Shown: one piece after another, positions 26,536-36,695 of the stretch
How positions within the stretch are numbered: position 1 is the stretch's first letter
Layout: every line of letters begins with the position of its first letter
Made by a program: the position numbers and the translations under genes
Notes under the pieces: model-generated
Databases searched by the model: none
What the model was told of the DNA's origin: nothing
Seen by the model: the letters and a program-made list of their open reading frames with translations, nothing else
NCBI GenBank assembly: GCA_950097015.1
Contig: CATNEN010000003.1
Coordinates: forward strand, 12,338,001-12,402,000
From: Macrostomum hystrix
Lineage: Eukaryota; Animalia; Platyhelminthes
Length of the DNA: 64,000 bases
Direction of reading: 5' to 3'

Positions 26536-27621
26536 ATGTTCCTAGAAACAACTGTCTGCAGTGTTCTGATGGCCTTTCTGTTGCTGAATTTTTCGACTGC
26601 AAGCAGCCCAGAACCTCTGTCAACGTCTGCGTCGCTGCAGTATCGACAGCGCTGTTGGAAAGCCAACTACAGCAGTCCGGACCGTCAGCCAGTGGACCAC
26701 ACGCCTCGACCGTTCCTGATCAGCGCTGGACCAGCTCAGTGCCGCGGAGACATCTTCCTGCTGATCTTCGTGCAGTCGGCAGTGCAGAATCGAGCTCGAC
26801 GCGACCTCATCCGAGCCACCTGGGCCTCCGTAACAAACATCGGCGGCGACCGTCTACAGACGCTCTTCTTCGTCGGCAGGACTAGCGAACCGAGTCAAGA
26901 TGAAGCTCTGCGCCGAGAGAGTGACACTCGAGCGGACATTGTGCAGGCAGACTTCGTCGACTCCTACAGGAACCTCACCTACAAGCACCTGTACGCACTG
27001 AAGTGGATCGCCGAGAGCTGCAGCTCTGTTCGCTACGTCATGAAGCTCGACGACGATGTCGTAGTGAATGTGTTCACGCTGCGGGAGTCGTTGCGGGAGG
27101 TCGTGGGCTCGAGGAGTGGAGACTTCTTTTACTGCCAGGTGATTTCCCGAGTTTTAAGAGCTTTCAATTTGCAAATTTGTAAATTTTGAGGTCTTTAAAA
27201 AGCTGCCAATCTAATATTTATACAGGTGAGTCGCGTTAAGCCAATCAGAAATATGGGAATTAAGTGGTATGTCTCCTTTGACGAGTACCCAGGCGATACG
27301 TACCCTGACTACTGCAAAGGCTACGGCTACGTGATGAATGCCGGCCTCATCAAGAAGCTGCACCATTGCGCCAAGTGGCGTCGAATGTTCTGGATCGACG
27401 ACGTTTTCGTGTCGGGCGACCTGGCGAGCGCTCTGAACGCACCGCGCATCCAATGGGAGGACGGCTGGGACGCCAAGCAGCTGCACCCGCGACTGGCGGG
27501 TCCCGAGGCAGCGCAGATGTCAGTGGCCAACGCCGGTGGCAACAACGTGGTGCCATCGCTGCACCGGCGTGTGTGGCGTGCCATCGTCAGGTTCAGCGAC
27601 TGGGGCCGGGAGGACTACTAA
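26536..27621 (+). CDS. GT31 beta-1,3-galactosyltransferase-like protein, copy 1 (exons 26536-27138, 27226-27621)
   Basis: N-terminal hydrophobic anchor, RRDLIRATW, DFVDSYRNLTYK, MKLDDDVVVN (DXD), KWYV...YP.YC.G.GY and IDDVFVSG motifs; cag|gt...ag|gtg intron keeps the frame. Confidence 0.9.
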
Positions 27622-28358
27622 GAAAGGAAGACAAAAACTGCATCTGGTTGAGACAAAGAAAGCGTCACTACAACATCAAGATTTTACTTTTTACTGTTGT
27701 AGTGATTTTACTTTCACTACAATATCATTAGCGCTATCAAGGCGGACCATTTGTTTACTCAGCTCCTTCATCGCGTTTCGGGGTCGCTCGTCAGGGTGGC
27801 CAGAAATTTCTCTGAACAAAGCTCTCCGTGCAATTCGAACCAGTTTTTCAAAATTCATTAGTCGCATATGTACTCCGTATGTATGATCGAGAACAAGTCG
27901 TTTCGTTTGTTTCGTTTCGTTTGTTTTTTTAAGTAAAATTGTTTGTTTTTTTTGGTGGGCAGACCAATATGTGTTTCTAATAGCAATATCAACGACCACA
28001 GAAAACTAATATATACACGTAGAAGCATTTCAAACTGCACACTCGTGCGATACTGTTACGCTGACATTAATAAGAGCTCTCAATTTTCTGCTGAGAGCGA
28101 AGAAGCACAAATGAGCACATTAGCAACTTCTTGTCCCTCCATCCCTGGATTCAACTTGCAAGCGGATAGAAAATAAGCAATGCGGCATTTATTGACCAAC
28201 GATAAAAGCGGTCTTTAATGTTTCCATTAATGACTTTTTTCTATGGCAGAAAGCCATATATTTCATGCATTTGAATCCGCTGGCGAGTCAACGAGTCAAG
28301 TAATTAACGAAAGTATTTTGTTTAGATCAAACAGTCCCATATACATTTTCCCTGTCTC

Positions 28359-29809
28359 TCATCGACCGTTGCCGAGAAATACCTGAAAGGTGCAATTGTT
28401 GAAAGTTCCGCTTCTTCCAGATGCCAATAGATGCCCGGCGTGTCTCTCCAGACCGACTTTATCCGTGCTCACATTAGATCCATCACTCGCCGATTGACCA
28501 GAATGTGCAATATCCAATGAAGGTGAAGTTGTCTCAGCGCTATTTTTCGATGAACTGGCACTAACATCGCTGATTACGTTAGACAGCCTTGCCATATCAG
28601 CATCACGCTTGGCGGTTTTGCGAATGTAGCGATGAGTATAGCCTCAGTGGACTTGTGTCCAGTGATCTTTCCAATGTCAGCAATGGACACTCCCGCATCA
28701 TTCAGCTCAGTCACCAGGGTTGCACGAATGCAGTGACCGGTGTATCTCTTGCTTAGCTTCGCATTTGTCGATATGGACGCCATCATATTGCCTAACGTGC
28801 TATGTCCAACTGGCTGATTAGCGAAGAACCAAGAGTTGTTGACACCTCGTACACGAGGCCGAAGGAAGAAAACCTGGTTTTCAATCCCAGCAGCCTTTTT
28901 AGCCTCTTCGATCTTTGCCATGTAGGTATTTAGAGCGGTGTACGGACAACCAGGGCACCCAGTTTCCGCAATTATGCTTTGCTTCAGATCCTCAGCGCAA
29001 CGGGGCTCAAGGCTTCCTTGCACATTCTTCGATTGCAATGGCCTAAGCTTAAAGCCGTCTATTAAAACTTGTTCGAGAGAATCAACTTGCAGCTGGCGCA
29101 GCCACTCACGACCAGGAAGTCCGAAATGTAGCGCCAGTACGAAATACACTTTTTCTTGCAACTTTTTTGGGGTCGACCGGTCGAAATAGAGCCTCAGTTT
29201 CTCCAAATCGCCTCGCTTGATAATTAAAAACTGTTTCACTCGGCCGCCTGCCTTGACGAATAGTCCTGCTGTGATTCGCAACATGGTATTAGCTCTAGCA
29301 AACGCTGCATCAGCGATGATATCCTAACCTCTTAGGAGGAGCATCTGACGAAACAACCCTGCCCGCAGACAAACAAGAGACGGCGGTGAAAAATAGTCAC
29401 CATCTTTGCGCCTCACGAACGCATAAAAAACTCGCAACGCAACTGCAGCTTCTTCAATAGTGCACTTACTTAGATCGAAGTGCTCCATGCCCTTGTCTTC
29501 CGTAACGGATGTAAACAAACTAAGATCCCAAGTCACTTGCTTCAAGGCAGAACGAGGCAAGTTCTCCAGTTCAATGTTGTCCAGTTGGCCTACGAGCGCA
29601 TCGATTTGCGCTTCGTCTACAATTTGCAGGAGTGCATCCACATCAACCATCTCTAAATCGGACACATTTTCTTGCATCAATCGCTCCATTTCATTATCGC
29701 GTTCCATTTTTGTTCGGATTTTACTCGTAGTCAAACCAACGATATCACCTTGAGATAAATAAAGAAGGCCAATAGGGTACGTGGCTTCGGATTCCATCTC
29801 GCTTTCCAT
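28359..29809 (-). pseudogene. Crypton-type (DUF3504-like) tyrosine recombinase, inactivated
   Basis: ORFs 29324-29809, 28574-29284 and 28359-28595 join through an in-frame TAG (29324-29326; ...LLRG*DIIADAAFARANTML) and a frameshift near 28635 that restores the catalytic Tyr (GHKSTEAI/HRYIRK). Motifs: FYAFVRRKDGDYFSPPSL, FGLPGRE (catalytic R replaced by P), SKN, YTGHCIRAT, TGHKS, C-terminal FNNCTF. Confidence 0.88.
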
Positions 29810-29875
29810 TTTCTCTGCTGCGTAAAGCTTCTCTATTGCACTCTTTAACAGCACCTTTACGATCGCGCGACTGTA

Positions 29876-31361
29876 TTGATAAAAACTGCAACCAATTTGG
29901 CCACGGCTCAGCCTGACGCAGCCGCAGCAATTTTCCATAGACAGCCGCCGCTAGCAGCAACCAATTTGGTAAAAACTGCGAGCTATTTTGCCAGCTTGAA
30001 GATATCATTCTTATCATTACTCTGATGGCGAATCGTGGGCCGCACCAAAAGATAAGTCAGCTGGATCGAGAGCGAATCGTGAGAGCGTACAGGAATGGCG
30101 ACGACTGGAGAGAGCTTGGCAGAATGATGGGGATGAAGAAACCGACAGTGAGGAACATCGTGACCACGTATGAACGAACTGGAAGAGTTGGCACTCTGCC
30201 AAAAGGAGGAGTGAAGAGGATGGCGCTGACGGAGGCTATGGTGGACACCATTGTTCAATTCGTTGAAGGTCAACCTACTGCGACGCTGCAACAAATGAGA
30301 GAGCACCTGCTGCACCAACACAATGACGTTGCCACTGACCACTATCAGTTGTGCTCTGGATGGTCGCCTCATCACCCTGAAGTTGCTGCGCCAGGTACCT
30401 GTGAACTGTAACATGCCTGTTACAAAGGAGGCGTGAAGGATGCACGTCGAATGGATGCTGGACGAGGGAAGCCAGGTGAACACCATTTTCATGGACGAGT
30501 TTGGGGTGAACATCTGGACGGCGAGGACTCAAGGCCGCTCTGCGAAGGGGCTCCCAGCTGTGACTGTCGTCAGTGGACAGCCTGGGCAGAATCTCACCAT
30601 CTGCCTGGCCATCTCGCAACTCGGCCTCGTTCACAGCACTTTCGTTGAAGGAGGCTTTAAGAACGAGCACTTCGTGGAATTCCTCTCTGAGATCGATGTT
30701 CTGATGGAAGAGGAGTTTGTGCTACTGTCCGATGGGGCACGCGCTCACCTAGGTGTCCCTGGGATGTCTGAAGGTCATGCTCACCGATTCCTGCCTCCAT
30801 ACTCGCCGTTCATCAACCCGGCGGAGTACGCAGGCTCAGCGCTGAAGGCCAAGCTGAAAAGGCAACTGCAATCACCTGCCATTCAGCGCGAGGTGGCAGA
30901 TACTGGACTGGCTGCTGCAGCAGGTGCGACACTGCATCAGCACAGGATGCGCATTCTGAAGAGAGAAGTGCAGCAAGCACTGAACTGCATCATGCATCAA
31001 CCACTCCCAGACGTACTTCAATCGGTGCTTGAATGCGGAGGACATAATGTTATGAATTCGTGTTCTGACTTCTGACTGAGGACATATTGTTATCATTCTT
31101 AATGTTATGAATTCGTGTTCTGACTTCTGACTGAGGACATATTGTTATCATTCTTTATCGTTATTGTTATGCTATCGCTCCCTATTTCGCTACTGCTGTT
31201 GACAGGGCAGGTCAAAATACAGCAGTGAGCTGCTATCTTCAAGCTGGCAAAATAGCTCGCAGTTTTTACCAAATTGGTTGCTGCTAGCAGCGGCTGTCTA
31301 TGGAAAATTGCTGCGGTTGCGTCAGGCTGAGCCGTGGCAAATTGGTTGCAGTTTTTATCAA
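29876..31361 (+). mobile_element. IS630/Tc1-superfamily transposon with ~130-bp TIRs
   Basis: TIR 29876-30004 (ttgataaaaactgcaaccaattt...gccagcttgaagata) is the reverse complement of 31234-31361. A 55-bp tandem duplication lies at 31046-31155. Confidence 0.9.
30025..31075 (+). pseudogene. IS630/Tc1-like DDE transposase pseudogene (DD30E)
   Basis: HTH ORF 30025-~30330, then a frameshift into TTISCALDGRLITLK...P.N, an in-frame TGA at 30434, and FMDEFG / LSDGARAH / FLPPYSPFINPAE. Confidence 0.88.
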
Positions 31362-31384
31362 AGAACGTAAAAATGTATATTTAC

Positions 31385-31915
31385 ATCGTTAAACTATGTC
31401 TATGGGGAATTCCCACAGGGAATTCCCTTTGGATTCTTGTATTTCAATTCCTCAGACGCAGCAGGTGCCGAAAAAGGCCAGCACGGAGGCAGACAAGCGT
31501 CGATGGGGAAAAATACCTTCCATCATGCCGTCTCACGAACGCGTACAGAACGCGCAAGGCAATAGCCGCCTCTTCAATCGAGCAGTTGCTTAGGTCACAT
31601 GTAACACCCTTCTCATGTGTCACAGAGGCAAACAATTTCAGTGCCCACTTCTCAATAGCCGGTATGTATTCTTACAATAACCGCCCGCACAAAGGCATCG
31701 ACCAATAGGAATGGCTTTCTGGGGCTAAAATGGCACCCCGAAGTGGGGGCTCTGCCCCACACCCTGTCTCTGACTCTGAAAGTATAGCTTGCGCAAAAAC
31801 GTCTATGGTAACAATAAAATTGATACCCAAGCTTTGTGGGCGTCAATCAAAAATCCTCGGGCGCCCTCTGATTTTCCATTAGCGCCCTTAAAGCATGGGT
31901 ATTAATGGTAAATTA
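31385..31915 (-). mobile_element. Second Crypton-related fragment: tyrosine-recombinase piece (31444-31635) plus hairpin terminal module
   Basis: Translation DLSNCSIEEAAIALRVLYAFVRRHDGRYFSPSTLVCLRAGLFR is a close paralog of 29340-29480. The flanks match 14790-15270. Hairpin at 31823-31902 with core aaaatcctcgggcgccctctgatttt. Confidence 0.8.
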
Positions 31916-32747
31916 GCTAGCGGGACAAAATGAAAACCTAAAAGACAAAGCGGGCCGCATTGACTGTAGAAATATGAGATAGGGGAGAGGTGAGACACAG
32001 GAGAGATGAGACCGAGGAGAGACGAGACCTGGGAAACATAAAAGAAGATACTGTAGGTGTTGGAAGGGGCAACGGGCCGGATTTGGGAGCTTCGAGGGCC
32101 GCATCTGGCCCGCGGGCCGGAGTTTGCCGACTATCTATCTATCTATTTTGCAGGGGGGCCCGGGGTACTTGTCGCACAAGCGACGGAGCGGCACGCCCCC
32201 AGACCGGCGAACTAGGCGCTTTTGCGCCCATCGCGCCGCCTCCCCTGAGCAGGCACCACACACAGCAGCACAGACCAGCCGGGGAGGGCAGGAGGCACCC
32301 AGAATAGGCAGCAGTGTCCCCCACCCCAGCCCCACACGCACAGAGCAGACCAAGCCGGGGCGGAAGGCCGATAAGAAATCAGTCCTCAGGGGGGGGCCGG
32401 GTGATGAGTGTACACTTATCCAATCTCGCTGACGGAAGTCCAGAAAGCGCGCGGCGGTGTACACCCGCCCTCCAGCTACCCCCCGCAAGGTCTCACGCCC
32501 CAGCGCCAACGCACACAACTAACACAACGCAGAACAGGCACACAGAAAGGTAGGAGCGAAGCTATTATTTCAAGCTTTGATTGCACGAAATATGGTGCAC
32601 CTCCGCCGGTCGCTACTGTCCAAACCCTCCAACAAGTCCCGAAATTAATCATGACTTGAAGGGTGAATCAAACTAGCGTCCTTTGGAGTGCGAGGCAGCG
32701 ACGTTAGCCGCTGACCCACTCGCGCCCCCGGAGTTTGCCGACACCTG
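31916..32747 (-). mobile_element. hAT/Charlie-type MITE fragment interrupted by a SINE
   Basis: The minus strand starts CAGGTGTCGGCAAACTCCGGCCCGCGGGCCAGATGCGGCCC, the same end as 43864; a few degenerate GAGACACAGGAGAGAT units follow. Confidence 0.75.
32132..32727 (-). mobile_element. SINE family C, full length, with 15-bp target-site duplication
   Basis: TSD CCGGAGTTTGCCGAC at 32117-32131 and 32728-32742; tRNA-like head GGGCGCGAGTGGGTCAGCGGCTAACG...AGTTTGATTC; (AGAT)n tail. Confidence 0.85.
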
Positions 32748-33404
32748 CCATAGAACGTCGTCGGAGGCCAATCACCGAGAACGGGGTCTCAAAAAGCAAA
32801 ATTGTACCCCCAAAAAAATTAAGCTGATGTGCAATTAATGCCGCATTGCTTATTTTCTATCCGCTTGCAAGTTGAATCCAGGGCTGGAGGGACAAGAAGT
32901 TGCTAATGTGCTCATTTGTGCTTCTTCGATCTCAGCAGAAAATTGAGAGCTCTTATTAATGTCAGCGTAACAGTATCGCACGAGTGTGCAGTTTGAAATG
33001 CTTCTACGTGTATATATTAGTTTTCTGTGGTCGTTGATATTGCTATTAGAAACACATATTGGTCTGCCCACCAAAAAAAACAAACAATTTTACTTAAAAA
33101 AACAAACGAAACGAAACAAACGAAACGACTTGTTCTCGATCATACATACGGAGTACATATGCGACTAATGAATTTTGAAAAACTGGTTCGAATTGCACGG
33201 AGAGCTTTGTTCAGAGAAATTTCTGGCCACCCTGACGAGCGACCCCGAAACGCGATGAAGGAGCTGAGTAAACAAATGGTCCGCCTTGATAGCGCTAATG
33301 ATATTGTAGTGAAAGTAAAATCACTACAACAGTAAAAAGTAAAATCTTGATGTTGTAGTGACGCTTTCTTTGTCTCAACCAGATGCAGTTTTTGTCTTCC
33401 TTTC

Positions 33405-34779
33405 TTAGTAGTCCTCCCAGCCCCAGTCGCTGAACCTGGCGATGGCCCGCCACACACGCCGGTGCAGCGATGGCACCACGTTGTTGCCACCGGCGTTGGC
33501 CACTGACATCTGCGCTGCCTCGGGACCCGCCAGTCGCGGGTGCAGCTGCTTGGCGCCCCAGCCGTCCTCCCATTGGATGCGCGGTGCGTTCAGAGCGCTC
33601 GCCAGGTCGCCCGACACGAAAACGTCGTCGATCCAGAACATTCGACGCCACTTGGCGCAATGGTGCAGCTTCTTGATGAGGCCGGCATTCATCACGTAGC
33701 CGTAGCCTTTGCAGTAGTCAGGGTACGTATCGCCTGGGTACTCGTCAAGGGAGACATACCACTTTACTGCCTTATTTCTGATTGGCTTAACGCGACTCAC
33801 CTGTATAAAAATTAGATTGGCAGCTTTATAAGGACCTCAAAATTGGACACTTGCTATAAATTGGAGGCATATGCTCATGACACCAGTGATGATGACGCCA
33901 GTGCAAACTTGCAAATTGAAAGCTCTTAAAACTCGGGAAATCACCTCGCAGTAAAAGAAGTCTCCACTCCTCGAGCCCACGACCTCCCGCAACGACTCCC
34001 GCAGCGTGAACACATTCACTACGACATCGTCGTCGACCTTCATGACGTAGCGAACAGAGCTGCAGCTCTCGGCGATCCACTTCAGTGCGTACAGGTGCTT
34101 GTAGGTGAGGTTCCTGTAGGAGTCGACGAAGTCTGCCTGCACAATGTCCGCTCGAGTGTCACTCTCTCGGCGCAGAGCTTCATCTTGACTCGGTTCGCTA
34201 GTCCTGCCGACGAAGAAGAGCGTCTGTAGACGGTCGCCGCCGATGTTTGTTACGGAGGCCCAGGTGGCTCGGATGAGGTCGCGTCGAGCTCGATTCTGCA
34301 CTGCCGACTGCACGAAGATCAGCAGGAAGATGTCTCCGCGGCACTGAGCTGGTCCAGCGCTGATCAGGAACGGTCGAGGCGTGTGGTCCACTGGCTGACG
34401 GTCCGGACTGCTGTAGTTGGCTTTCCAACAGCGCTGCCGATACTGCAGCGACGCAGACGTTGACAGAGGATGGTTGACTTTGACTATTGATTGGGGATGT
34501 TGGCTGCTGATTTGCTGTTTGGACGGCTCGTGTCTGTCAACAGTGTTCCCAATGGTTTGTAGCCTCCAGTTCGGGTCTCTTGATGCCGGAGTCAGTCTGT
34601 GAATTGTAATAAAAAATCAGTTCAGATTTATTGCTCTCTTGCATGAGTTCATGGTCTTGGGAATGTGTGAGTGTCTACCTGACATTTGTTTTGGCAGGAG
34701 GTTCCGGGCTGCTTGCAGTCGAAAAATTCAGCAACAGAAAGGGCAACAGACAGCTGCAGACAGCTGTTCCCAAGAACAT
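33405..34779 (-). CDS. GT31 beta-1,3-galactosyltransferase-like protein, copy 2 (exons 34779-34679, 34596-33945, 33800-33405)
   Basis: Manual assembly MFLGTAVCSCLLPFLLLNFSTASSPEPPAKTNVR|LTPASRDPNW...; GT-AG introns keep the frame; same GT31 motifs as copy 1. Confidence 0.88.
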
Positions 34780-35744
34780 TGCTCGAATATTCCAGTGATA
34801 GTCTTTGACTGAACGAAATCTGAAGCAGCCTGCAGTTCGAGATGGCGCCACGGTGCTCTGAAACCTGAATTATTGAGTCGTGTTGGTTCCCTCACACAAT
34901 CAGCCTTATGCGATGAGTTTTAGTTTTTGTGCAATCATTTTTTGGTGACAGTAAGACCATGAGACAAAGTCCTGTCCATTCTGCTGTCTTTCGAACACAC
35001 ACCCACACAGGCATAGCTTCATCTACCTTGACTTTCATCGTCAGGTCTAATAGTGTACTTTACCGTGCAATTAACTCACGACGGCCAAGCCATCACGACA
35101 CAGAGTGAAGGTGAAACACAGCTACGAGTAAAAATGAAACAGTCAGGCAGATAAACACACCTGTGTGAGTGCTTACCTAATGAATTACGTATCTAGTTTT
35201 GTAGGTGTTTAAAATTTCTTCTGGCTTTGGGTCAGCTATTGTAACTTATTCGAATACTATATACTGCAGCAAAGAGAGCTAATAAAAGTTGACTTGGCAT
35301 ATCTAGGAACCCAATCCTTATCTAAAAGAGCCGAGGCGAATCAGAGATACATAACAAACATTTTCATGCTAATTTACAAGTAAGCATTGCAAATGTCGCT
35401 TCAATACCAAATGAAACTGCATGTAAAGTTAATAATAACAGAAGGCAGACTTCCTGTGACCACAAAAAATTACGCAGTAAAAGACGTTTGCCAAATCATG
35501 ATAAGACTATTCAAATACCCTAAAATTCAACGCCCTGCAGTGTGACATTTTTAGTCAGTTGGGCTGCATTAAGTCAGTATCGGTTTGATTTCGTTTTGCT
35601 TCTGACCGAGTTCGCAGTGTCAGAAATTAATTTCTATATTTTACTTGAAAATAAACTTTATTTTATCTAATCAGTTAAAAAAATGATTTTTAGATTTGCA
35701 AATCAATTATATCGTATCAAATTTTATCCGAAGGCCGTGTATGG

Positions 35745-35901
35745 CTGGTACCCATTAATTCTGGTACCCATTGAACAGCTCCAGGCAATGCAGATTATAG
35801 TGTGTTGCTACAGGACACAATATTTACCAATGGAGTCGGGAGTCGAACCCCCGACCTTCAAGCAGAGAGTTCGACCCTCTAACCACTGGGCTACAGCCCC
35901 T
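35745..35901 (-). mobile_element. SINE family A copy duplicated along with the inverted arm
   Basis: Reverse complement of 25373-25530. Confidence 0.85.
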
Positions 35902-36695
35902 GTATTCTTTAAAAGAACTGTGCTTTTCCATAAATGTAGTTTGTGGATTAAGCACTAATTAAACATGAATTGATATATTTCGCTTTCTTTAAAATTCTTT
36001 AGGTAACGACTTTCTGTAGATTAATAAACGAGGAACGCATGTTCTAGTTACATTTGTGAGTTAAAAATTAAAAAACAAAATAGCGTGGATAAAATAATAT
36101 TTTTCATATGGTGCCACAGTGCAAAAAGTGATAGGTGTAAGTGTCGTTGACTATAGTTCCAATACCAGTCAAGTTGTCAATCGATGTTTCTTCCGCACTT
36201 CAGAGCTTCGTGTTCCAGCAATTGTCTTCGTCAGCAGCTGTTGCATAACGCGGCTGCAAATATTTATAGGGTGTACTTGAGTGATGATCAACGATGCTGG
36301 CAGTAGTTCACTTTTTGATTGATTCACAATCCGTTATTATTAACAGCTATTTCCCTGACACCCAGTTCCCTGACACCCACTATCCCTGACACCCACTATC
36401 CCTGACACCCACTATCCCTGACACCCACTATCCCTGACACTCACTATCCCTGACATTCACTATCCCTGACACCCACTATCCCTGACACCCACTTTCCCTG
36501 AAACCCACTATCCCTGACACCCACTATCCCTGACACCCACTATCCCTGACACTCACTATCCCTGACATTCACTATCCCTGACACCCACTATCCTTGACAC
36601 CCACTATCCCTGACACCCACTATCCCTGACACCCACTTTCCCTGAAACCCACTATCCCTGACACCCACTATCCCTGACATCCACTATCCTGACAC

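Larger units (their letters stand above)
24540..28189 (+). repeat. Left arm of a large inverted segmental duplication
   Basis: Near-identical to the reverse complement of 32837-36695, apart from indels (e.g. mirrored ORFs 27691-27999/33027-33335 and 25315-25590/35683-35958). Confidence 0.95.
32837..36695 (-). repeat. Right arm of the inverted segmental duplication
   Basis: Reverse complement of 24540-28189; inner breakpoint at aatgccgcatt (32837). Confidence 0.95.

Noticed and set aside
27691-28176. Short ORFs conserved in both inverted arms (also 25315-25590)
   Set aside because: Their identity is explained by the recent duplication; no recognisable domain.
29324-29326. Programmed stop-codon readthrough or a variant genetic code in the recombinase
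   Set aside because: The gene also has a frameshift and a catalytic R-to-P change, and host genes here use TAG/TAA as normal stops, so decay is the simpler explanation.
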